Assembly (NCBI GenBank): GCA_963713615.1
Contig: CAVQMM010000001.1
Span: 2,784,001 to 2,848,000, forward strand
Length of the DNA stretch: 64,000 nt
Source: an uncultured Chlamydiae bacterium
Lineage (GTDB): Bacteria > Chlamydiota > Chlamydiia > Chlamydiales > JAJFMA01
Direction: 5' to 3'
Part shown: positions 27,995 through 37,062 of the stretch, in pieces
How positions within the stretch are numbered: position 1 is the first letter of the stretch
How the letters are laid out: the number at the start of each line of letters is the position of its first letter
The notes under the pieces: model-generated
Told to the model about the DNA's origin: nothing
What the model saw: only the letters and a program-made list of their open reading frames with translations
Databases searched by the model: none
Position numbers and translations under genes: made by a program

Positions 27995-30127
27995 GTGGAG
28001 ATGACAATGAAATATGACTGGGAGATCGAGGAAATTCGGGAAATCCATGATAGCCCCTTAATGCCGCTCATTCTACGAGCCAGCGAGGTACATGGTAAGA
28101 ATCATCCAGCGGGAGAGGTTCAGTGTTGTCAAATTTTAAACATCAAATTTGGAGGGTGCACAGAAGATTGTTCTTACTGTGCTCAGGCAGCGCGCTATCA
28201 CACAGGAGTTCAGGCAGAGCCTCTATTAGAAGTTGAGGAGGTGCGTCGCCAAGCGGAAGAATGTAAACGTCAGGGTGTAACCCGCATGTGCTTGAGTGCA
28301 GCATGGCGCGAAGTGCGTAATGGCAAAGCCTTTGATCAGATCCTCGATATGGTTCGTGTTGTCAAAAGTATGGGTTTGGAGGTTTGCTGCACCCTGGGAA
28401 TGCTCAAGGAAGAGCACGTGGAACGCTTAAAGGATGCTGGAGTCTATGCAATCAACCACAATATCGATACTTCGGAAGATTACTACTCCAAAATCATTAC
28501 CACTCGTAAATATTCCGATCGGCTACAAACGATCGCTCGCGTTCAGGCGGCTGGTATCTCCGTATGCTGTGGCGGTATCATTGGCATGGGAGAGACTCTA
28601 GAGGATAGGCTTTCCATGCTTCAAACGCTCTCCTCAATGACTCCACACCCTGACTCGGTTCCTATCAACCTACTATCACCGGTTCCAGGAACACCCCTAG
28701 GGCAACGCGCAAAGACGACGGGTTGGGAACTTCTACGAATGGTGGCGACAGCACGCATTCTGATGCCCAAGTCAATGGTGCGTCTTTCTAGCGGTCGCCT
28801 GGATTTGTCACTGGCTCAGCAAGCTCTCTGCTTTGTCGCAGGAGCGAACTCCATCCATGTGGGGCCTCGTTTATTGCTCACACCTAATCCCAGACATGAT
28901 GTGGATTGGGAGATGTTCCGCACCCTTGGTTTAACTAAACGCAGCGCATACCAGGCGGAAAATATCGCCACGAAAAAGACGGAAGTGGTTGACGTTAACA
29001 CATTCATGAACGAGGAGTTAGAAAAGCGAAAGACGCAAGGGATTCATAGAACCTTAGCCGTTACAGGTGAACTAATCGACTTCACCTCCAACGACTATCT
29101 GGGTCTGGCACGTTCTGACGAGCTTCTCCGAAATATCAACACCGAATTTCATTCGCTTGTCCTCGAAGGAGGCATTCGTCCCTATGTGGGCGCCACCGGC
29201 TCGCGGCTACTGACCGGTAATAGCACCTATGTAGAAGCTTTAGAAAAACATCTAGCGGTTATCCATGGCGCAGAGGCCGGTTTGCTCTTTAACTCCGGAT
29301 ACACGGCTAATCTTGGTCTACTATCCGCAGTCATTGGTAAGGACGATACGATTATTCTCGATACTCAAGTGCATGCCTCAACCTGGGAAGGAGCCAAAGT
29401 CTCAGGGGCGCGTCTTTTACTCTTTAGACATAACAATATGACGCATCTGGAATCTCAACTCAAAAAGGCCCAGGGACGCATTTTCGTGTGCGTGGAGTCA
29501 CTCTATTCCATGGGAGGAGACGTAGCGCCGCTGGATGCATTGTGCGATCTATGTGATCGCTATGGAGCCAATGTGATTGTTGATGAAGCACATGCTATTG
29601 GGGTGTTTGGTCCTAAAGGTCGAGGAGTGGTCAATGCACATAGCCTTGAAAAACGCGTTTTTGCACGCATCCATGCCTTTGGTAAAGCTCTAGGGACACA
29701 TGGAGCCATCGTCTTAGGCAGCAAAACATTGCGCGATTACTTGATCAACTTTTCGCGTCCTCTGATCTATTCCACCGCCTTTCCCCTGCACACTCTGGTG
29801 TCTATCCGCTGCGCCTATGACATGATGCTGTCAGCAGACGACAAACGTCAGCATCTGCAGAAACTCATTGTAGCTCTCAAGACTAAGGGTGTGGCGACCA
29901 CAGACTCTCCCATACAGCCCATCACTATCCATGGAGCTGAGCACGCAAAAAAAATGGCTGCCAGGCTAGCAGAGGTGGGCTATGACGTACGTCCTATCCT
30001 CTCACCAACGGTGCGTAAAGGGTCTGAATGCCTACGTCTCTGCTTGCATGCGTTCAATACAATGGAGGATCTCCATGGTCTTTGCGCTGCCCTATCCCAT
30101 GAAGCTGAGCTTTCGGTGACAGCATGA
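27995..30127 (+). CDS. bioB-bioF: Fused biotin synthase / 8-amino-7-oxononanoate synthase (BioB-BioF)
   Basis: N-half: CTEDCSYC, NHNIDT, VCCGGIIG, SVPIN, VRLSSGR. C-half: DFTSNDYLGL, FNSGYTAN, DEAHAIG, FGKALG. Single 710-aa frame. Confidence 0.92.
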   Translation: MEMTMKYDWEIEEIREIHDSPLMPLILRASEVHGKNHPAGEVQCCQILNIKFGGCTEDCSYCAQAARYHTGVQAEPLLEVEEVRRQAEECKRQGVTRMCLSAAWREVRNGKAFDQILDMVRVVKSMGLEVCCTLGMLKEEHVERLKDAGVYAINHNIDTSEDYYSKIITTRKYSDRLQTIARVQAAGISVCCGGIIGMGETLEDRLSMLQTLSSMTPHPDSVPINLLSPVPGTPLGQRAKTTGWELLRMVATARILMPKSMVRLSSGRLDLSLAQQALCFVAGANSIHVGPRLLLTPNPRHDVDWEMFRTLGLTKRSAYQAENIATKKTEVVDVNTFMNEELEKRKTQGIHRTLAVTGELIDFTSNDYLGLARSDELLRNINTEFHSLVLEGGIRPYVGATGSRLLTGNSTYVEALEKHLAVIHGAEAGLLFNSGYTANLGLLSAVIGKDDTIILDTQVHASTWEGAKVSGARLLLFRHNNMTHLESQLKKAQGRIFVCVESLYSMGGDVAPLDALCDLCDRYGANVIVDEAHAIGVFGPKGRGVVNAHSLEKRVFARIHAFGKALGTHGAIVLGSKTLRDYLINFSRPLIYSTAFPLHTLVSIRCAYDMMLSADDKRQHLQKLIVALKTKGVATTDSPIQPITIHGAEHAKKMAARLAEVGYDVRPILSPTVRKGSECLRLCLHAFNTMEDLHGLCAALSHEAELSVTA

Positions 30128-30753
30128 GTGCGATTATCGTCGCAGGAATTGGCACCGATGTCGGCAAAACGGTGGTCTCGGCAATATTAGTTCAAGCCCT
30201 GGGTTGCGACTACTGGAAGCCTATCCAAACCGGAGGTGCTGATACTGATGTGATTACGAACCTGGTGTCGCGGACCGATCTAACCATTCATCCTGCCTGC
30301 TATACCCTCGAGGCATCTGTCTCACCACACCAAGCGGCTCGCATGGCGGATTGCAAGATAGATGCAACGAAGATTCAACCACCAATAACCAATCGCCCCT
30401 TGCTTATTGAAATGGCTGGGGGAGTCCTCGTCCCCTTTAATGAAGAGAGGCTTCTATTGGACCTGATGACCTCATGGACAGCGCGTTGGATAATCGTCTC
30501 TAAAAACTACCTTGGAAGCATCAACCATACCCTGTTAACAATCGAAGCCCTGCAACGTCGACAGATAGCTCCTTGGGGGATCATCTTCAATGGAGTGGAG
30601 AATCCCGATAGCGAACGCTTTATTCTAAACTATACGGGTCTGCCATGTCTGGGGCGACTCGCTCCTGAGCCAAACATCAACCCTGAAACGATTCGGAGAT
30701 ACGCCACTTTATGGCAGGACAATCTACAGCAACACACCTCCATGACCTCGTAG
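30124..30753 (+). CDS. bioD: Dethiobiotin synthase
   Basis: GIGTDVGKT, WKPIQTG, EMAGG and LGSINHTLL. Confidence 0.96.
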   Translation: MSAIIVAGIGTDVGKTVVSAILVQALGCDYWKPIQTGGADTDVITNLVSRTDLTIHPACYTLEASVSPHQAARMADCKIDATKIQPPITNRPLLIEMAGGVLVPFNEERLLLDLMTSWTARWIIVSKNYLGSINHTLLTIEALQRRQIAPWGIIFNGVENPDSERFILNYTGLPCLGRLAPEPNINPETIRRYATLWQDNLQQHTSMTS

Positions 30754-32021
30754 CCACAGATCTACGGCATATCTGGCACCCGTTTGTTCAAGCGCAGACG
30801 GATGGCAATCCCATCCCTATTGAACGCGGGGAGGGAACGCTTCTTTTCGACATCGAGGGAACGCCTTACATCGATGCGATGAGTTCGTGGTGGGTTAACC
30901 TGCACGGACACGCACATCCTCACATCGCAGGACGCATCGCTGAGCAGGCTCATCGCTTGGAACATGCCCAATTTGCTGATTTGACGCATCAGCCTGCATG
31001 TGAATTAGCTGTAAGACTTTTGAAACACCTCCCTAGCAACCTCACGCGCGTGTTTTATTCCGACAACGGGTCCACGGCCGTCGAAGCCGCTTTGAAGATC
31101 GCCATGCAATATTGGTACAACCTAAACCCTGATAGCCCCCGCACAAAAGTGGTCTCATTTAAGCACGGGTATCATGGCGACACCGTAGGCGCTATGTCCG
31201 TATCCGAGCGAAGCCTCTTTTCCAAGCCTTTTGCACCACTCATGTTCAATACTACCTTTGTCGATCCCCCTGAACCTGGAAACGAACAAACTTCTCTGCT
31301 ACAACTTGCCAAAGCCTTGGAAGCAGATGACGTCGCCTGTTTCATCTATGAGCCTCTGCTGCAAGGCACAGGAGGCTTCCGTAGACACACTGCTGAAGGC
31401 CTTAATGCCCTTCTATCCCTGTGCAAACAAAACAATGTGATCACCATAGCCGATGAGGTTCTCACGGGATTTGGTCGTTTAGGCCCACTCTTTGTAAGTT
31501 CTACGATGGAACAGCAACCAGATATCATTTGCCTTGCCAAGGGAATGGCCGGGGGCTTTCTACCCTTGGCAGCGACGATCTGCAGCGAAAAAATCTATGA
31601 AGCCTTTCTGGCGCCAGAAAGACATAAAGCACTGCTGCATGGGCATACCTACTGCGCCAATCCCTTAGGGTGTGTCGCTGCACTGGCAAGCATGGACCTC
31701 ATCGAAAATCCCCTATGCGAAAAACAACGCGAAGGTATTCATCAGCAACATCTCGCCTTTGTAGAGGTCGCAAAAAACCATCCTAAGCTCCAACGTTGCG
31801 AAGCAATAGGAACCCTGCTTGTGTTGGAATATGCAACAAACGCATCGTATTCTTATTATGGTGAACATCGCAACAAACTAGCGAAATACTTTTTGGATAA
31901 TCGTATTCTTACCAGACCCTTTGGGAATTTGGTCCACATTCTGCCCCCCTACTGCATCACCAAGCAGGAGTTGGCCACAGTTTATGAAGTATTGCTACGC
32001 AGTCTGGAGGAAGTTGTATGA
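30711..32021 (+). CDS. bioA: Adenosylmethionine--8-amino-7-oxononanoate transaminase
   Basis: IWHPF, SSWWVNLHGH, DNGSTAVE, GYHGDT and IADEVLTGFGR. Confidence 0.96.
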   Translation: MAGQSTATHLHDLVATDLRHIWHPFVQAQTDGNPIPIERGEGTLLFDIEGTPYIDAMSSWWVNLHGHAHPHIAGRIAEQAHRLEHAQFADLTHQPACELAVRLLKHLPSNLTRVFYSDNGSTAVEAALKIAMQYWYNLNPDSPRTKVVSFKHGYHGDTVGAMSVSERSLFSKPFAPLMFNTTFVDPPEPGNEQTSLLQLAKALEADDVACFIYEPLLQGTGGFRRHTAEGLNALLSLCKQNNVITIADEVLTGFGRLGPLFVSSTMEQQPDIICLAKGMAGGFLPLAATICSEKIYEAFLAPERHKALLHGHTYCANPLGCVAALASMDLIENPLCEKQREGIHQQHLAFVEVAKNHPKLQRCEAIGTLLVLEYATNASYSYYGEHRNKLAKYFLDNRILTRPFGNLVHILPPYCITKQELATVYEVLLRSLEEVV

Positions 32022-32647
32022 GATCATTATTGAGCAGCATCATCGCAGAGCCCTCACTCCATGCGCGTTGGTTGAACGCGTTATCCTATATGGAAAATGA
32101 AGGGGCCAGGCTGATGGCAGCCTGTGAACATCCGACCCTTGTCAAAGAGCAAATGCTCAAGCATGCTGCTGAAGAATTTCGACACGCTTACTATCTGAAA
32201 AATCAAATTGGTAAGGTGTGGAAGGATGGTCTTAGCGGCTATCGCGTTGATGAGCTCTTTGGAGGGTACCACGCCTTACATTACATGAAAAAGCTAAACG
32301 TGGGAGTCAGCCGACTGCTCAAAAGACATGGCTACCTTGCAGCAGGGTTGCGGGGAGCTGCCTATACCTTGGTATCGTATGCTATCGAGGTGAGAGCTCA
32401 TGACGTCTATCCGGAATATCAAGAGGAGCTGGTGAGACAACGGTCGAGAGTGAGCGTGAGAAATATCATTATCGAAGAAGCTGAACATCTCGAAGAGATG
32501 ACGGCAGCGCTCGCTGAGCTAGACGATGGTGAGGTATTATCCGCTGAGGCCTGTGCAATTGAACGGACCTTGTGGAATAGCTTTTCAGAAGCTGTGCAGC
32601 TAACCCTGGAGAATACCGGGTCGATGACTTTGTTACTGCATTCTTAA
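32018..32647 (+). CDS. Ferritin-like diiron protein, probable BioE-type pimelate-generating oxygenase
   Basis: E (SYMEN), EEFRH, YAIE and EEAEH ligand pattern; ATGA overlap with bioA. Confidence 0.65.
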   Translation: MRSLLSSIIAEPSLHARWLNALSYMENEGARLMAACEHPTLVKEQMLKHAAEEFRHAYYLKNQIGKVWKDGLSGYRVDELFGGYHALHYMKKLNVGVSRLLKRHGYLAAGLRGAAYTLVSYAIEVRAHDVYPEYQEELVRQRSRVSVRNIIIEEAEHLEEMTAALAELDDGEVLSAEACAIERTLWNSFSEAVQLTLENTGSMTLLLHS

Positions 32648-32718
32648 CTTCTTTGTGGATTCTTAATCCCCTGTCAGGCATACCATAAGCTGGTTCGAGG
32701 ATCGGCAGGAGGTAGGCC

Positions 32719-33168
32719 ATGGTACTGGCCGCATTATTTTCTTCAGGGCATGCGCCGCAACATTTCGATTTGCAACCCCCATCGGTACCCAAAAAGCGTG
32801 AGCTGTGGTCACGAGCTGGTGAGATGATCACTCTTGTGGCCTATCTGGGCATTTCCATCTTAGCGTGTATGGCCTCACCGGTAGCTTTTAGCGTTGGTCT
32901 GGGCGGAGCAATCATTAGCGCCATGGTGATTAACACAACGATTGGCTTGCTGGCAAAAAACCCAGCTCTGCTAGAGGGATATCTCGGTCCGTTAGTAGGC
33001 GACATGATTTCTGCAGCATGTTTGGCCATTACCCTATTTGGAGGAACCACCCTGGCATTCCGAGCAACACGTACCGCATTATTACCCACATTAGTAAGCA
33101 CTTTGGTAGGCTATTGCGTGCCCCTAGCACTCTATCACGAAGTCAAAGCCCTAGTTTCGAGTGGTTAG
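32719..33168 (+). CDS. Hypothetical membrane protein (~4 hydrophobic segments)
   Basis: AGGAGG SD; 149-aa hydrophobic ORF. Confidence 0.6.
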   Translation: MVLAALFSSGHAPQHFDLQPPSVPKKRELWSRAGEMITLVAYLGISILACMASPVAFSVGLGGAIISAMVINTTIGLLAKNPALLEGYLGPLVGDMISAACLAITLFGGTTLAFRATRTALLPTLVSTLVGYCVPLALYHEVKALVSSG

Positions 33169-33306
33169 AACAAAGGCGGATAAAAGGGGGTCTTGGGAAG
33201 AATTGAATGAAGCGTTGAATCTCTTTAATCCCGCAAGAAATTTATTACAATCCATTATCGTAACCCCAACCGCACCAACCCACTCCAAACCCTAACGAGA
33301 ACATGC

Positions 33307-33693
33307 TTATCCCTCTGACTCCGTAGTTTCATCGGGTTGAGCTTCAAAAGCAAGTACGGTATCATCGTCTTTGTTAAAAACAAACCATTGACACCAATCA
33401 GAGCTGGTAAAGGTCTTCAAAATATAGTGATCACCGATGATCAAACGCATGGTCCGGTTGATATTGCCTTTGTTGTCATAACCATAGGCAACTTGTAGCA
33501 GTCCTTCAGACTGCGAAATCCCTTCCTGGCATATACCATGGCGATGCCATGGCCTGTTGCAATATCGACCCTTCGGGCCTGGGAAGGGAGAAAAGCCTGT
33601 CTTTCTAGACTGGATAGTGCCATACCACTTAAGCTCTCCAGAATCGCCTTCTCACAAAAAAAAAGTGATTTTTTTTCCAAAGAATCGATCCAT
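33307..33693 (-). pseudogene. Possible degraded gene: 129-codon frame with one internal TGA at codon 14
   Basis: MDRFFGKKITFFL*EGDSGELKWYG...ESEG*. The TGA follows a T9 run. No recognisable family. Confidence 0.25.
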
Positions 33694-33834
33694 GAGAGCC
33701 CAAATACTTCTGCAATTACCTCATATGGACAGTCATGGACGATATGGACGAATCCAAAATGAAAAATAAAATACAGATATGGTTCCCCGTGGAGCCTTTT
33801 GGTAACAGCCTAAGGTGAGGGCAAATTTACCGCT

Positions 33835-34101
33835 TTACTCAACAAGAGCGTCTTTGTCGGTGGTGATCTTCCAGGGATAGGTAGTCTTGGCAGCGCGTTG
33901 CAGCTGTGTCCATGCCCCTCGATCGAAGATGCCATCAGCTCCGCCACTACCGTTCCAGAAGAAACACCACATGGCTATTCCAACGAGTGGCACCACAACA
34001 TAGACAGCCATCAACCATCGTGGCACAGGGGTGTCTAGCTGTGCTGGTGCCCCTTCCGAATCAACGAAATCTTCACTTTCTGAAGTCTTGCGAGGTACCA
34101 T
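33835..34101 (-). CDS. cbb3 oxidase CcoP N-terminal-like membrane peptide, no heme motif
   Basis: AAGGAGG SD before MVPRK. LDTPVPRWLMAVYVV resembles the DNPLPRWW helix of CcoP/FixP. No CxxCH. Confidence 0.7.
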   Translation of the reverse strand: MVPRKTSESEDFVDSEGAPAQLDTPVPRWLMAVYVVVPLVGIAMWCFFWNGSGGADGIFDRGAWTQLQRAAKTTYPWKITTDKDALVE

Positions 34102-34297
34102 GGCTACCCTCCTTCTCGGGTTGTTCATCACTCATTTGCATCATGCGCTGTGCGGGTTCATCATCCATATCGAGTCGATCTTTACTCCAGAGATAGAGAA
34201 AGAGCATCAAAGCGCTGCCCACGAAAAAGATAACGATTGCATGATGCATCACGTTGCCATAGATACCTATGGAGTCAAAAATCCGCGCAGCTAACAT
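34073..34297 (-). CDS. Small single-TM cbb3-associated protein (CcoS/CcoQ-like)
   Basis: TM followed by LWSKDRLDMDDEPAQRMM, reminiscent of the CcoS tail; sits between ccoO and the CcoP stub. Confidence 0.55.
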   Translation of the reverse strand: MLAARIFDSIGIYGNVMHHAIVIFFVGSALMLFLYLWSKDRLDMDDEPAQRMMQMSDEQPEKEGSHGTSQDFRK

Positions 34298-34298
34298 T

Positions 34299-35567
34299 TT
34301 ATGGTTCTACCTTTTTTATTCCCTCAATGATCTCAGTAGTATTCAAGGGATCAAGCCCCAACCACCACGCTTGCGTTGGGGGCGTGATACGGGTACCTTT
34401 GGTCATCAAATACTGGAAAACAGCTTCAAAGCGATAGTTTGGTATTCCTACCGAACTCGAGGCCTGCCCTCTTGGATCATCATCAAAGAAATGGCGGAAT
34501 GAGGGCATAATGCTACCGGGACTAGGTGTGCGTGGTTGCCAAAAGTGACCTTTATGCCAATCGCGGCTAGGGCGTTTAACTCCCACTCGCGCTAGGTCAG
34601 GTCCGATGCGCCGCGTTCCAGGAAAGGTAATCTTCTGATAGATGTACTCATTGCCCGATGAGGGTGGCGCTGCAAAGGCTGCACTGCCATTCAACACACT
34701 GTCTTGGATCAGCGTACGACTTTGGTCAGTATGACAGTACCAGCAGCCTTCAATAGCAAAAATATGTTCACCCATAGCGATGAGTTCCTTGCGCGATATG
34801 AAGCCTAGATCTTTGCCCGTGAGCTGCGCTAGGTCCTTGACATATTCGCCATTAGGATCATACCGGTAACCCATGGTATGACCGATGCCAAAGCGCCTGA
34901 AACGATAGGCCTCGGGATTCAGTACATAGGTCACACCGGGGTCCTTATGATAGTCCTGGGTAGGTCCATCGATAATTTTGAAATGTTTATCTACATAGTC
35001 TTCGGTGGTCCCGTCGGTCTGCGAATGCGCAAAGGCTTCCTTCCTTCCCGGATCATATAATTCCATGATCGAGCGATCGACACGCGCCAGACCGCGCTCC
35101 TTCCAGTCAGGATGTTGCTGTTCCCATTCTTTCTGAAGACTGGTGCGCAACTTGTCGGCCTCATCAACAGCATCTCCTATGGGCTTGCGCAGAAGAAGAA
35201 TGTGCGATGTAAGTCTGAGCTCTTTGTCTCCAAAGCGAGTGACAAAGCGTTCAAGGTTTTGTGGTGCCAGAATGCGCATCTGCTCCGTTTCGCGAAAGGC
35301 CATTAGCGTAAAGCCATCCTTCAGATGGTGTACATAGTCTAGACCAGGAGCCCCAGGTACCGCTCTAGCCGCGTAGAAATTGGGGTCGGCGACTTCATAC
35401 ATCTGTACTTGAAAATGGCTGGAAGGCTGTACCCAGCTTGGATCTACCAGGTTAGGGGCTAAAACCGTCGCAAGGATAGAGGTCAGGAACAGCAGAAAGA
35501 TCCCTATGATGGTAAGAACCGCTGACTTCTCAATTCGACTAGTATGGGGCTTGTTTGATTCTGTCAT
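34299..35567 (-). CDS. ccoO: cbb3-type oxidase subunit II, enlarged (422 aa)
   Basis: N-terminal TM, EGCWYCHT, GTRRIGPDL and GSIMP, with a large insertion before the heme domain. Confidence 0.85.
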   Translation of the reverse strand: MTESNKPHTSRIEKSAVLTIIGIFLLFLTSILATVLAPNLVDPSWVQPSSHFQVQMYEVADPNFYAARAVPGAPGLDYVHHLKDGFTLMAFRETEQMRILAPQNLERFVTRFGDKELRLTSHILLLRKPIGDAVDEADKLRTSLQKEWEQQHPDWKERGLARVDRSIMELYDPGRKEAFAHSQTDGTTEDYVDKHFKIIDGPTQDYHKDPGVTYVLNPEAYRFRRFGIGHTMGYRYDPNGEYVKDLAQLTGKDLGFISRKELIAMGEHIFAIEGCWYCHTDQSRTLIQDSVLNGSAAFAAPPSSGNEYIYQKITFPGTRRIGPDLARVGVKRPSRDWHKGHFWQPRTPSPGSIMPSFRHFFDDDPRGQASSSVGIPNYRFEAVFQYLMTKGTRITPPTQAWWLGLDPLNTTEIIEGIKKVEP

Positions 35568-35569
35568 GG

Positions 35570-37039
35570 TTATGCCTGAGCCTCAGCTATAACGCGTTCA
35601 ATTTTTTGAGGTCTCGTTTGTGGCTTCAGCAATATCGTGTTAAAGACATTCACAAGAAAGATGCTATTGGCAGAAAAAATGATAATTCCTGCGATGGTAC
35701 GCGTAAGCCACCAATAGTGCATGCTTGCTATGGTATCTAAAAACTGTAGCTTGCTGAGATTGCTTTGGAAGACGCGATAGCTATCACCATCTGCCCATGT
35801 AGACCACTGAAGCCCCTGCAAGAAACCTCCAACATGCAGCGCAATAAACATGAGAGAGGCTCCCAGCATATTCAGAGTAAAATGCCAATCGGCCATACGC
35901 TTCGAGTAGAGAGGCTTGCCCGTTAGCGCAGGCAAAGCCCCATAGACGCCTGCCATGGCGAAAAATGTAAAGGTTCCATACAGCGACATATGGGCGTGTC
36001 CGATGATCCAATCCGTTTTCGACGTTATTTCATTGACGTTACGTACCGCCATGAAAGAGCCTTGCGTGCTGACCATCAAATAAAACAACACACCCATAAT
36101 AATAAAACGGACGGCGGCAATCTCGTTGTACTTATGCCAACGGCCCTTGAGCGTGTAGAAAAGGTTGTATACTACGGTCCAGACAGGAATGAATAACCAG
36201 ATAGAGAAAATGATGGCGACAGTTTGAATCCATTGAGACATAGGGCCATGGATGATGTGGTGAGAACCCACCCAAGCGTAAACGAAGGCAATGGACCAAA
36301 AGCCCACCATGGAGAGTTTGTGGCTATAGATTGGTGCGTTGGCCATCTTGGGCAGGAAATAATAGGCAATGGCCAGGCCCATCGGTGTAAAGACCAGTCC
36401 TACCAGGTTATGGACGTAGTAAAAGCTCATGTTGACTCTGGAGATTCCCTCAGGAATCCAGTTGATCGCAAAGTTACCCGCGAAATAGGAGATGCCTCCC
36501 CACAACAGTGTGGCCATGATATACCACAGCGACACATACATTTTTTCATATTTGCGATTGGCGATAGTCATGTAGATATTGACCGAGACCAATGTCCAGG
36601 CGACCAAACCAATGAATTTGATCGGCAAATAGGATAACCAGGTGGGAAACTCGGCATACTCCCATCCAAAGTTCGTTCCCCAAGGAAACGAGTAGGTGCC
36701 CGGAACAAAAGCCAGCCAATAGAGGGCTGCAGACCACATACCAAGTTTACGGCTCCAAAGGGGAACACCGCAGAGGCGCTGTGTAATGTAGTAGAGAAGC
36801 CCAAAGTTGGCAGGCAATAGCCAAAGTAACAGGACATGCCCAACATGAACGGGCCGAACTTTTCCGAAGTGAATATACTCACCGGCCCAATAGTCGGGCA
36901 TCACCATTCCATTAAAGGAAATAAACACTCCGAAAAACATCCCAATGACCATAAAAACAATGGCGGGATAGAGGAAGAGTTTTACCGGCAGATCCTCAAA
37001 CTGAGGTTGGGCGGGCTGAGCTTGTGCGACACTTTCCAT
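35570..37039 (-). CDS. ccoN: cbb3-type (C-family) heme-copper oxidase subunit I
   Basis: RPVH, EYAE, YVHNLVG, YAWVGSHH (helix VII Tyr) and WIIGHAH; about 12 TMs. Confidence 0.92.
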   Translation of the reverse strand: MESVAQAQPAQPQFEDLPVKLFLYPAIVFMVIGMFFGVFISFNGMVMPDYWAGEYIHFGKVRPVHVGHVLLLWLLPANFGLLYYITQRLCGVPLWSRKLGMWSAALYWLAFVPGTYSFPWGTNFGWEYAEFPTWLSYLPIKFIGLVAWTLVSVNIYMTIANRKYEKMYVSLWYIMATLLWGGISYFAGNFAINWIPEGISRVNMSFYYVHNLVGLVFTPMGLAIAYYFLPKMANAPIYSHKLSMVGFWSIAFVYAWVGSHHIIHGPMSQWIQTVAIIFSIWLFIPVWTVVYNLFYTLKGRWHKYNEIAAVRFIIMGVLFYLMVSTQGSFMAVRNVNEITSKTDWIIGHAHMSLYGTFTFFAMAGVYGALPALTGKPLYSKRMADWHFTLNMLGASLMFIALHVGGFLQGLQWSTWADGDSYRVFQSNLSKLQFLDTIASMHYWWLTRTIAGIIIFSANSIFLVNVFNTILLKPQTRPQKIERVIAEAQA

Positions 37040-37062
37040 ATAATGTTTACAACCAACTAATG

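Noticed and set aside
33652..33654. TGA recoding (Sec/Trp) in the 33307-33693 frame
   Set aside because: TGA is used as a normal stop throughout the window and no supporting motif is seen; decay or chance is more likely.
35570..37039. Nitric oxide reductase NorB
   Set aside because: It has HN rather than the NorB H-x-x-x-E pattern, keeps the helix VII Tyr, and is flanked by ccoO, ccoS and CcoP-like genes.
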